From: Actinomycetota bacterium
GTDB lineage: Bacteria > Actinomycetota > Acidimicrobiia > Acidimicrobiales > GCA-2861595
Reading direction: 5' to 3'
Assembly: GCA_002861595.1 (NCBI GenBank)
Contig: PJQG01000026.1
Location: 442-64,441, forward strand
DNA length: 64,000 bases
Below the pieces are notes generated by a model. The model was not told the DNA's origin, searched no databases, and saw nothing but the letters and a program-made list of their open reading frames with translations. Below, in pieces: positions 1-7,664 of this stretch. The translations under genes were made by a program, and so were the position numbers. Positions within the stretch are counted from its first letter, which is position 1. Each line of letters begins with the position of its first letter.

Positions 1-289
1 CCATGCCGATCTGGAACCCGGGCCCACCGACGTCGTCCCAAGCGTTGGCCAGTCGCTCGTCGAGGCTCCTCCCGCGCTGGGCCGCGACGCTGAAGCCCCG
101 GGGCAACCACCAGCCGGGCTCGCCCTCCAGGGCGAGGACTGCGCGCACGCCGTTGCCCGCGGAGGCCACGGCGTGGACGGCGCTCAGGGTGTCGGCCAGG
201 GCGGCCTCGGCCAGCCGGGCGGCCTCGGCCGGGGTGCACGGCGGGCACAGCCGCGTCTTGCTGCGCCCGGCCACCGGGGCCTTGGCCAT
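1..289 (-). CDS. DUF2064/TIGR04282-type protein, N-terminal part only (gene runs off left edge)
   Basis: Own minus-strand translation from ATG (complement of 287-289): [38 protein letters not shown]... The KAP-x-x-G-x-x-KTRL start is typical of DUF2064. It lies 11 nt downstream of the GT2 stop, the usual GT2+DUF2064 pairing. Confidence 0.6.
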   Translation of the reverse strand, partial: MAKAPVAGRSKTRLCPPCTPAEAARLAEAALADTLSAVHAVASAGNGVRAVLALEGEPGWWLPRGFSVAAQRGRSLDERLANAWDDVGGPGFQIGM

Positions 290-300
290 GACGAGGAGGT

Positions 301-942
301 TCACCGCAGCACCGCCGCCATGTCCCGCGCCGTACGGATGGTCCCCCGCAGTGTCCCCGTCACCTTGGAGCGGCCGGTGCGGGCGCGGTAGCGCACCGGT
401 ACCTCCTCGATTCGCCATCCTGCAGCCGCCGCCCGCAGCACCATCTCGAGGGGCCAGCCGAAGCGGCGGTCGTCGATGCCGAGCTCGACCAGGGGCCGGC
501 GGCGGGCGGCGCGCATGGGACCCAGGTCGGTGAGGACGGCGCCGGACCGGCGTCGCAGCTCGAGGGCGAGGGCGCGGTTGGCCAGGCGGGCATGCGCCGG
601 CCAGGCTCCCCGCTCAGGACGGCGGGCGCCCAGCACGAGGTCGGCCGTGCCGGCGATGACCGGCGCCGCCACCGCGGCCAGCTCGGCGGGGTCGAGAGAC
701 GCGTCGGCGTCCATGAAGCACACGACGCCGGCCGAGGAGGCGGCCAGCCCGGCCCAGCAGGCGGCGCCGAAGCCCCGGCGCGGCTCTCGCACGACGCGGG
801 CGCCCAGGCTTTCGGCCAGTTCGGCCGAGCCGTCGGTCGAACCGTTGTCGACGACGATGACCCGGTAGCCCCGCGGCATCCGCGCCAGCACCCAGGGCAG
901 CGCCTCGGCTTCGTCGAGCACGGGGAGGACGACATCGGGCAC
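301..942 (-). CDS. Family-2 glycosyltransferase (small, soluble type)
   Basis: 213-aa ORF. VLPVLDEAEALPWVL...VIVVDNGSTDGS...CFMDADASLDP are GT2 nucleotide-binding and DxD-type motifs. Confidence 0.8.
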   Translation of the reverse strand: MPDVVLPVLDEAEALPWVLARMPRGYRVIVVDNGSTDGSAELAESLGARVVREPRRGFGAACWAGLAASSAGVVCFMDADASLDPAELAAVAAPVIAGTADLVLGARRPERGAWPAHARLANRALALELRRRSGAVLTDLGPMRAARRRPLVELGIDDRRFGWPLEMVLRAAAAGWRIEEVPVRYRARTGRSKVTGTLRGTIRTARDMAAVLR

Positions 943-1078
943 GGCTTCGACCGTAGGGCAGTGCTCTGCACCGGGAAAGAGATTTCGTGCTTACGAGTCG
1001 CGAAACTCCGGCTGGTGGGCGGGCCCGGCGGCCCGACCGCCCGTACGCTCACTCATCGTGCGGCAGACCCTCGCAGAG

Positions 1079-1123
1079 TCTGGAGTACATGGCGTACCGA
1101 AGCGGTACGCCATGTACTCCAGA
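1079..1123. repeat. Perfect inverted repeat: 21-bp arms, 3-nt loop (TCTGGAGTACATGGCGTACCG-aag-CGGTACGCCATGTACTCCAGA)
   Basis: Read directly and arms checked base by base. It sits between divergent GT2 (start 942) and the membrane-protein operon. Candidate ATG 1112 lies in the right arm. Confidence 0.95.
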
Positions 1124-2404
1124 GGCGCCGGGCGGGCTTGGGCGGCGGAAGCGCGGGCGGTGGCCGCGTGGGTCGTGCTGGTCGGCGTGGCGCTGGTGTG
1201 GGGTGCGGGGGTGCGGGCCGACCGTGGAGCCCACATCCAGGCCGCCCCCTTCGTGGGGGCATGGCTGCCGGCGTGGGGCTGGCGGGTGCTCCCCGCCGCC
1301 GCCGTGGCTGCGGCAGCGGTGGCGTGGGGCCCCGAGCTGGCCGCCCGGCTGTCCTGGCGCCGGCTCCTGACCGTGGCCATGCTGGCCGCCGCCGCCTGGG
1401 CCGTGGCCCTGGCCCTCGTCGACGGGCCCGGCGCCCTGACGGCACCGCTCACCACCCGCTACGAGTACCTCCACGACGTTCCCCGCGTGGCGTCGGCGGG
1501 GCCAGGGCGCTTCCTCGAGACCTTCGTCGAACAGGTGCCCACGTTCGCCACCCACGTGAAGAGCCACCCCCCGGGCATGGTGCTCGCGCTCTGGGGCCTG
1601 GACCGGGTGGGCGTGGGCGGGCCGCGATGGGCCGCGGTTCTCGTGCTGGCCGGCGGGGCCGCGGCCGTGGTCGGCGCCCTCACCGCGGCCAAAGAGATGG
1701 TCGGTGAGGCAATGGCCCGGCGGGCCGCGCCGTTCGTGGCCCTGGCCCCCGCCGCCGTGTTCGTGGCCACCTCTCCCGACGCCGTGTTCGCCGGGGTGGC
1801 TGCGTGGGGCGTGGCCCTGCTCGTCCTGGCCACGGGCCGCGAGGGCCGACGTTCCGACGCGCTGGCTCTGGGCGGTGGTGCCCTGCTCGGCGCTGCCCTC
1901 TTCCTCTCCTACGGCGCCGTCCTCCTGCTCGCGGTCCCCGCGGCCGTGGCGCTCGCCCGCCGGCGCCGGCGTCCCCTCGCCATCGCCGGCCTCACCGTGG
2001 CCGCCATCGCCCTGGTCTTCGCCGTCGCCGGCTTCTGGTGGCTGGACGGGCTGTCGGCGGCCCGGGCCGCGTACCACCGCGGCCTGGCCTCCCGCCGACC
2101 CTACGGCTACTTCCTCGTGGCCAACCTGGCCGTCTTCGCCGTGCTCCTGAGCCCGGCCACCGCGGCCGCCCTCACGCGGCTCCGCCACCGACGGCTCTGG
2201 TTGCTCGTCGGCGCCGCGCTGGCATCGGTGGCCCTCGCCGACCTGAGCGGGCTGTCCAAGGGCGAGGTGGAGCGCATCTGGCTGCTCTTCGTTCCCTGGG
2301 TGGTGCTGGCCTGCGCCTCCCTCGGCCCTCGGGTGCGGGGCTGGTTGGCCGTCCACGTCGGCACCGGGCTGGCCCTCCAGCTCCTCCTCAGGTCACCGTG
2401 GTGA
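1112..2404 (+). CDS. Polytopic membrane protein, GT-C-like putative glycosyltransferase
   Basis: ORF 1058..2404. Many hydrophobic helices, YEYLHD acidic loop and SHPPG motif (the H-PP-L/G type seen in PMT/ArnT-like GT-C). Start uncertain (GTG 1058, ATG 1112 or later GTG). Confidence 0.6.
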   Translation: MYSRGAGRAWAAEARAVAAWVVLVGVALVWGAGVRADRGAHIQAAPFVGAWLPAWGWRVLPAAAVAAAAVAWGPELAARLSWRRLLTVAMLAAAAWAVALALVDGPGALTAPLTTRYEYLHDVPRVASAGPGRFLETFVEQVPTFATHVKSHPPGMVLALWGLDRVGVGGPRWAAVLVLAGGAAAVVGALTAAKEMVGEAMARRAAPFVALAPAAVFVATSPDAVFAGVAAWGVALLVLATGREGRRSDALALGGGALLGAALFLSYGAVLLLAVPAAVALARRRRRPLAIAGLTVAAIALVFAVAGFWWLDGLSAARAAYHRGLASRRPYGYFLVANLAVFAVLLSPATAAALTRLRHRRLWLLVGAALASVALADLSGLSKGEVERIWLLFVPWVVLACASLGPRVRGWLAVHVGTGLALQLLLRSPW

Positions 2405-3156
2405 CGGTCGACCCTCTGCTGGCGGGCACCGAGCCGCCGCCCCGCATCCTGGTCGTCGACGACGATGCCACCGTGACCGAGGTCCTGACCCGCTACCTCC
2501 AGCGCGAGGGCTTCGCCGTGGACGCGGCCGCCGACGGGGACACGGCGCTGGCCCGGGCCGCGGCCGCGCCGCCCGACCTGGTGGTGCTCGACCTCATGCT
2601 CCCCGGGATCGACGGGCTGGAGGTGTGCCGGCGCCTGCGCCAGAGGGCACCGCTGCCCATCGTGATGCTGACGGCCCGGGGGGACGAAGGCGACCGCATC
2701 GCCGGGCTCGAGCTGGGCGCCGACGACTACGTGGTGAAGCCGTTCTCTCCCCGGGAGCTGACGGCGCGGCTGAAGGCCGTCCTGCGCCGATCGCAGGGCC
2801 ACAGCCCGCTGTCCGCATCTCCCCCGTCCCTCGAGGGTGTGATCCGGGCCGGCGACCTGAACATCGACCCCGCCGCCCGTCAGGTCCACGTGTGCGGCCG
2901 GGAGGTCGCCCTCACCGCCCGGGAGTTCGAGCTGCTGGCCTTCCTCGCCCGGCACCCGAGGCGCGCCTTTCGCCGAGAGGAGCTGTTCGAGCAGGTGTGG
3001 GGATGGACCTACGGCGACACCGCCACCGTGACCGTGCACGTGCGTCGCCTCCGGGAGAAGGTGGAGGTGGACCCTGCTGCTCCTGTCCACATCGTCACGG
3101 TGTGGGGCGTGGGGTACCGCTTCGACCCGGAGCCGTCCCCGGGACCGGCGTCATGA
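2401..3156 (+). CDS. OmpR/PhoB-family response regulator
   Basis: ILVVDDD...DLVVLDLMLPGIDG receiver domain plus winged-helix LTAREFELLAFLARHP...VTVHVRRLREKVE. GTGA overlap with the upstream stop (2401-2404). Confidence 0.9.
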   Translation: MTVDPLLAGTEPPPRILVVDDDATVTEVLTRYLQREGFAVDAAADGDTALARAAAAPPDLVVLDLMLPGIDGLEVCRRLRQRAPLPIVMLTARGDEGDRIAGLELGADDYVVKPFSPRELTARLKAVLRRSQGHSPLSASPPSLEGVIRAGDLNIDPAARQVHVCGREVALTAREFELLAFLARHPRRAFRREELFEQVWGWTYGDTATVTVHVRRLREKVEVDPAAPVHIVTVWGVGYRFDPEPSPGPAS

Positions 3157-4397
3157 GACGGACCGCGGCGGCCATCGTGGGCTGTGGGCTGGCGCTGGCC
3201 GTCGTCGTCGCCGTCGTCGTCGGCGCCCCCGCCTCCGACGCCGTGCAGCTCATGGGCTTCGCCGCCGGCGGCGCGCTCGCCGCCGGCGCGGCGGGAACGG
3301 CGGCGCTCTCCTCCCTCCGCCACCGCTCGGTGAGGGCCCAGGCCGTGGTCGTCGCCCTCACCTCGGTGGTGGCCGTGGGCCTCGGCGCCACCGCGGCCGC
3401 CGATGCCATGTTCCTGTCGGCGCACGACTATGGCGCCCTGCTCGTCATCCTGGTCACGGCGGGGACGGTGGGCCTGGTCACCGCCCTCGTGCTGGGCGAC
3501 CGCCTGCTGGCCGGGAGCCGCTCGCTGGGAGAGATCGTGCGCCGGATCGGCGACCTGGGCGGCGCTCCGCCGGCGCCGGGCGCACCACCGCCGGCCACCG
3601 AGGAACTGGCCGGGCTGGCCCGACAGCTGGCGGAGATGTCGAACCGCCTGGAGCAGGCCCGGGCCCGGGAGCGCTCGCTCGAGGCCTCCCGGCGAGAGCT
3701 GGTGGCGTGGGTGTCCCACGACCTGCGCACCCCCCTTGCCGGCATCAGGGCCATGGTGGAGGCGCTGGAGGACGGGGTCGTCACCGATGCCGGGACGGTG
3801 GAGCGCTACCACCGCACGATGCGCCTCGAGGTGGACCGGCTGGCCGGTCTGGTGGACGACCTGTTCGAGCTCAGCCGCATCCAGGCCGGCGCCCTGGAGC
3901 TGCACCTCGAGCCGGCCTCGCTGTCCGACCTCATCTCCGATGCCCTGGCCGGCGCATCGGCGGTGGCCGACGCCAAGGGCGTGCACCTGGAGGGGCGCCT
4001 CGACGGTCCTGCGCCCGAGGTGGAGGTGGCCACGCCCGAGGTCCTGCGCGTGCTGCGCAACCTGCTCGACAACGCCATCCGCCACACCCCCGCCGCCGGC
4101 CAGGTGTGCCTGGAGGCCGGAGTGATGGACCACCACGCCGTGGTGTCCGTGCGTGACCGCTGTGGCGGGATCCCCGGCGGCGAGCTCGACCGGGTGTTCG
4201 ACCTCGCCTTCCGGGGCGACGCCGCCCGCACGCCCGAGCACGACGGCGGGGCCGGCCTCGGGCTGGCCATCGCCCGGGGGATCGTCGAGGCCCACCACGG
4301 CGACATCGCCGTGCGCAACGAGGAGGACGGCTGCCGCTTCACCCTCCGCCTGCCCCTGCCGAGCTCGTCGTCGTCGGCGACGGCCTCGCCGGCATGA
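3153..4397 (+). CDS. Sensor histidine kinase, multi-TM N-terminus with no large periplasmic domain
   Basis: H-box WVSHDLRTPL, N-box NLLDNAIRHT, G-box GGAGLGLAIARGIV. ATGA overlap with the RR stop (3153-3156). Confidence 0.9.
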   Translation: MRRTAAAIVGCGLALAVVVAVVVGAPASDAVQLMGFAAGGALAAGAAGTAALSSLRHRSVRAQAVVVALTSVVAVGLGATAAADAMFLSAHDYGALLVILVTAGTVGLVTALVLGDRLLAGSRSLGEIVRRIGDLGGAPPAPGAPPPATEELAGLARQLAEMSNRLEQARARERSLEASRRELVAWVSHDLRTPLAGIRAMVEALEDGVVTDAGTVERYHRTMRLEVDRLAGLVDDLFELSRIQAGALELHLEPASLSDLISDALAGASAVADAKGVHLEGRLDGPAPEVEVATPEVLRVLRNLLDNAIRHTPAAGQVCLEAGVMDHHAVVSVRDRCGGIPGGELDRVFDLAFRGDAARTPEHDGGAGLGLAIARGIVEAHHGDIAVRNEEDGCRFTLRLPLPSSSSSATASPA

Positions 4398-5479
4398 GAG
4401 TCCTCGTGACCGGCGGGTGCGGCTTCGTCGGTACCCACCTGGCCGCGACCCTCGCCGCCGAGGGCGCCGAGGTCGTGGTCCTCGACCGGGTGGAGCCGAC
4501 CGTGGCCGTTCCCGGCGTCGACTACCGGCTGGGCGACCTGCGGGACCAGGCGGTATGGGCAGGACTGCTCGAAGGGGTGGACGCCGTCAGCCATCAAGCG
4601 GCCCGCGTCGGCCTCGGTGTCGACATGGGAGACGTGGGCGACTACGTGGCCGACAACGACGTGGGCACCGCCCAGCTGCTCCTCGCCCTGCACCGCGCCG
4701 ACTTCGCCGGCCGCCTGGTGATGGCCTCCAGCATGGTGGTCTACGGCGAAGGCGCCTACCGGTGCGCAGAGCACGGCGGGGTGCGGCCGGGCCCGCGCAC
4801 GGTTGAAGACCTCGGAGCCGGTCGTTTCGATCCGCCGTGCCCGGTGTGCGGGGGCCCGCTGGATCCGGGCACCGTTTCCGAGGACGCGCCGGTCGACCCC
4901 CGCAACGTCTACGCCGCCACCAAGCTCCACCAGGAGCACCTCGGCGCTGCGTACGGGCGGGAGGCGGGCGTTGCCGTGGCCGCCCTCCGCTACCACAACG
5001 TGTACGGACCGGGTATGCCGCGGGACACCCCCTACGCCGGCGTGGCCAGCATCTTCCGCAGTGAACTGGATGCCGGCCGGTCGCCGGCGGTGTTCGAGGA
5101 CGGCGGCCAGCGGCGCGACTTCGTGCACGTGACCGATGTGGCCCGGGCCAACGTCCTTGCTCTCTCGGCCGAGCCGGCGCCGACGGGGCCGTTCAACATC
5201 GCCAGCGGCGAAGCCCGCACCGTGGGCGACCTGGCCACGGCCCTGGCCGACCGCATCAGCGGCGGCGCGTTGGTGCCCGCGGTCACGGCGCGGTGGCGGC
5301 TGGGCGACGTCCGCCACATCGTGGCCTCCCCCGCCCGGGCCCGGGAGATGCTCGGCTTCGAGGCCGCCGTCGGCTTCGCCGAGGGGATGGCGGAGCTGGC
5401 CGGCGTGCCTGCCGGGACCGGTGCGACCGGGCCTACCGGTCGAGCAGCTCGGACACCCGCTCCGGCGGCCGGGCGATGA
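4394..5479 (+). CDS. NAD-dependent sugar-nucleotide epimerase/dehydratase (extended SDR) with Cys/His-rich insertion
   Basis: MRVLVTGGCGFVG Rossmann start, YAATK catalytic motif. Insertion YRCAEHG...PPCPVCGG. ATGA overlap with the kinase stop. Confidence 0.85.
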   Translation: MRVLVTGGCGFVGTHLAATLAAEGAEVVVLDRVEPTVAVPGVDYRLGDLRDQAVWAGLLEGVDAVSHQAARVGLGVDMGDVGDYVADNDVGTAQLLLALHRADFAGRLVMASSMVVYGEGAYRCAEHGGVRPGPRTVEDLGAGRFDPPCPVCGGPLDPGTVSEDAPVDPRNVYAATKLHQEHLGAAYGREAGVAVAALRYHNVYGPGMPRDTPYAGVASIFRSELDAGRSPAVFEDGGQRRDFVHVTDVARANVLALSAEPAPTGPFNIASGEARTVGDLATALADRISGGALVPAVTARWRLGDVRHIVASPARAREMLGFEAAVGFAEGMAELAGVPAGTGATGPTGRAARTPAPAAGR

Positions 5480-5783
5480 CGGCGCGATCGCCCCGGATCA
5501 CGATGGGCCGCTGGATGAGGATCGGGTTGGCGGCCATGGCGTCGAGCAGCTCGTCCCGGCCGGCATCGGCGAGGCCCAGCTCGGCGTAGACCGGCTCCTT
5601 CTCCCGCATCATGAGGCGGGGGTCGTCGATCCCCAGCAGCCCCATCACCCGCTCGAGGTCCTCCCGGCTGGGCGCCTGCTCCAGGTAGCGCACATAGTCG
5701 GCCTCCACCCCCCGCTCGGAGAGGATGCCCTCGAGCGTGCGGCAGTTGGAGCAGTCGGGCTTGAAGAAGACTGTCGTCTGCAT
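5433..5783 (-). CDS. ArsC/Spx/YffB-family protein
   Basis: 116 aa from ATG (complement 5781-5783): MQTTVFFKPDCSNCRTL...ILIQRPIV, typical of the ArsC-family thioredoxin-like fold. Confidence 0.8.
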   Translation of the reverse strand: MQTTVFFKPDCSNCRTLEGILSERGVEADYVRYLEQAPSREDLERVMGLLGIDDPRLMMREKEPVYAELGLADAGRDELLDAMAANPILIQRPIVIRGDRAVIARPPERVSELLDR

Positions 5784-6234
5784 GCGAGGACTGTACGTGG
5801 CGGTGGTGGGGCCGGGCGCATGCCCGGCCGGCGTGGAAGCCGAGGCCGAGGCCGTCGGTCGGGCGCTGGCCGAGGCCGGGGTCGTGCTGGTGTGCGGTGG
5901 GCTCGGTGGCGTCATGGAGGCCGCCTGCCGGGGGGCGAAGGCGGCCGGCGGCACCACCGTGGGCATCCTCTCCGGAGACGACCGAGGTGCGGCCAACCCG
6001 TGGGTCGACGTGGCCCTCCCGACCGGCCTCGGCGAGGCCCGCAACGCCCTGGTGGTCCGCAGTGCGGACGCGGTCATCGCCGTGGCCCGCGGCTATGGGA
6101 CCCTGTCGGAGGTCGCTCTGGCGTTGAAGATCGGGAAGCCGGTCGTGGGCCTGGGCACCTGGGACATCGAGGGCGTGGAGGCCGCTGTGGACCCCCAGGA
6201 GGCGGTGGCGAAGGCCGTCGGGTTCGTATCCTGA
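5782..6234 (+). CDS. TIGR00725/LOG-family (Rossmann, lysine-decarboxylase-like) protein
   Basis: MRGLYVAVVGPG...LVCGGLGGVMEAACRGA...GYGTLSEVALAL. Start ATG 5782 shares the CATG with the divergent ArsC-family start. Confidence 0.7.
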   Translation: MRGLYVAVVGPGACPAGVEAEAEAVGRALAEAGVVLVCGGLGGVMEAACRGAKAAGGTTVGILSGDDRGAANPWVDVALPTGLGEARNALVVRSADAVIAVARGYGTLSEVALALKIGKPVVGLGTWDIEGVEAAVDPQEAVAKAVGFVS

Positions 6235-6240
6235 GCCGGC

Positions 6241-6316
6241 GCCCCCGTATCCCAACTGGCCAGAGGACGGGAACTTAAAATTCTCGACAGTGTGGGTTCG
6301 ACTCCCACCGGGGGCA
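6241..6316 (+). tRNA. tRNA with anticodon UAA (nominally Leu) but class-I-like short variable region; no encoded CCA
   Basis: Hand fold: acceptor GCCCCCG/CGGGGGC (7 bp). D arm TCC-CAACTGGCCAGA-GGA. Anticodon stem GGGAA/TTCTC, loop CTTAAAA. Variable GACAGT. T arm GTGGG-TTCGACT-CCCAC. Discriminator A. Confidence 0.6.
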
Positions 6317-6321
6317 CGCCC

Positions 6322-6831
6322 CTACGGGCCGACCTCCAACACGTAGCCGAGCAGGTGGATGCGATCCTCCACCGTGGAATCTCGCTCCGGGGAGCGGCGG
6401 AAGCCGAGGCGCTCGTAGAGGCGGCGGCCGGCCGTCATCCACTCGGTGGTATGGAGCACGAGTCGGGCTCGGCCATCCTGGCGGGCGCGGTCGATGCAGG
6501 CCTGGACGAGGGCGGCGCCCACACCCCGGCCCTGGGAGGCGGGGTCGACACCCAGCATGCGCAGGGCGGCCTCGTCCTCCCTCATCGGCTGAGCGTAGGG
6601 GGAAGCGGCATCGTCCAGGTAGGTGACAGCCCCGAGGATGGCACCAGTGCCGCCGTCGACGGCGACGAGCTGGAGCGTGGATGCCGACCGGCCGGCGACG
6701 TCGGCCAGCTCCTCGGCGTAGGCCCCCTCGAGGCGGAAGCCGGGCAGGGTGCCGTAGGCGGTCAGCATGATCTCGCTCACCCGGTCGTACTCGTGCACCT
6801 CGGCCACCCGGACCTCGATGCTCACGGCCAT
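6322..6831 (-). CDS. GNAT-family N-acetyltransferase
   Basis: 169 aa from ATG (complement 6829-6831). LGVDPASQGRGVGAALV is the acetyl-CoA-binding motif A (Q/R-x-x-G-x-G/A). Confidence 0.8.
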   Translation of the reverse strand: MAVSIEVRVAEVHEYDRVSEIMLTAYGTLPGFRLEGAYAEELADVAGRSASTLQLVAVDGGTGAILGAVTYLDDAASPYAQPMREDEAALRMLGVDPASQGRGVGAALVQACIDRARQDGRARLVLHTTEWMTAGRRLYERLGFRRSPERDSTVEDRIHLLGYVLEVGP

Positions 6832-6838
6832 CGTGTCC

Positions 6839-7519
6839 TCAGGGGTCGATCCACTCCTTGAGGTACGCCTCGCGGCGCTCGGCCCACTCCTCGACGGTGA
6901 TGGCGTAACGGACGTGGTCCTCCCAACGACCATCGATCTGCAGGTAGCGGACCGCGATCCCCTCGTCGCGGAGCCCGAGCTTCGACGCGACCCGCCGGGA
7001 CGCGGTGTTGCGGGGGATGATGGCAACCTGGAGCCGGTGGAGGTCCAACTCCTCGAAGGCAAAACGGAAGGCCACCACGGCCGCCTCCGGCGTGTAGCCG
7101 TTGCCGGCCAGCGCCTCGTCGATCCAGTAGCCGACGTAGGCGTTCTGGAAGGCCCCCCGCTGGATCCCGTTGAGGTTGATCTCGCCGGCAAAACGGTCAT
7201 CGACGAAGATGCCGAACCCGAAGCCGGAGCCGAGCTGACGCTCCCTGTCCCGGGCGCTGCAACGCGCCGCGAAGGCCCGGCGATCCTCGACGGTGTCGGG
7301 GTGGCCGGGCGCCGGTCTCGGCTCCCAGCGCGTGAGCCACCGCCGGCAGCGTCGGCGCACCTCGAGCCACTGCTCGAAGTCGTGCACGGTTAGGCCCCGC
7401 AACATCACCCTCCGGCCGCGCAACTCCAGGGGAAGCGCTCGGATCACGGCAGTGGAGAACGGGCGTCCCGCGGCGCGACCACCGTGGCAGGCTATGTCGC
7501 GCCACGGCGGCGGCGTCAC
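6839..7519 (-). CDS. GNAT acetyltransferase, RimJ/RimL-like
   Basis: LRGLTVHDFEQWLEVR...FGIFVDDRFAGEINL...GYWIDEALAGNGYTPEA...HRLQVAIIPRNTASRRV matches the RimJ-type pattern. Start uncertain. Confidence 0.75.
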   Translation of the reverse strand: MTPPPWRDIACHGGRAAGRPFSTAVIRALPLELRGRRVMLRGLTVHDFEQWLEVRRRCRRWLTRWEPRPAPGHPDTVEDRRAFAARCSARDRERQLGSGFGFGIFVDDRFAGEINLNGIQRGAFQNAYVGYWIDEALAGNGYTPEAAVVAFRFAFEELDLHRLQVAIIPRNTASRRVASKLGLRDEGIAVRYLQIDGRWEDHVRYAITVEEWAERREAYLKEWIDP

Positions 7520-7664
7520 GAACCGATCGTTCCCCTGCTCCCATCAGGGCTGCGACCAAGGGGGAGGAGTAGCCTCTCCCGGTGCTTGCGCCATCTGCGT
7601 CGACGGGCGCGAAGCTGACGAGAAGAGAGGCCTCTTCAGGCCCAGACCTCGCCGAGGGGTGCGG

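Noticed and set aside
5433-6234. LOG/SLOG-like Rossmann protein and ArsC-family protein with overlapping divergent starts, considered as part of a nucleotide-signalling or defence module.
   Set aside because: No effector, cyclase, nuclease or TIR-type partner is nearby. Both are common stand-alone housekeeping-type families.
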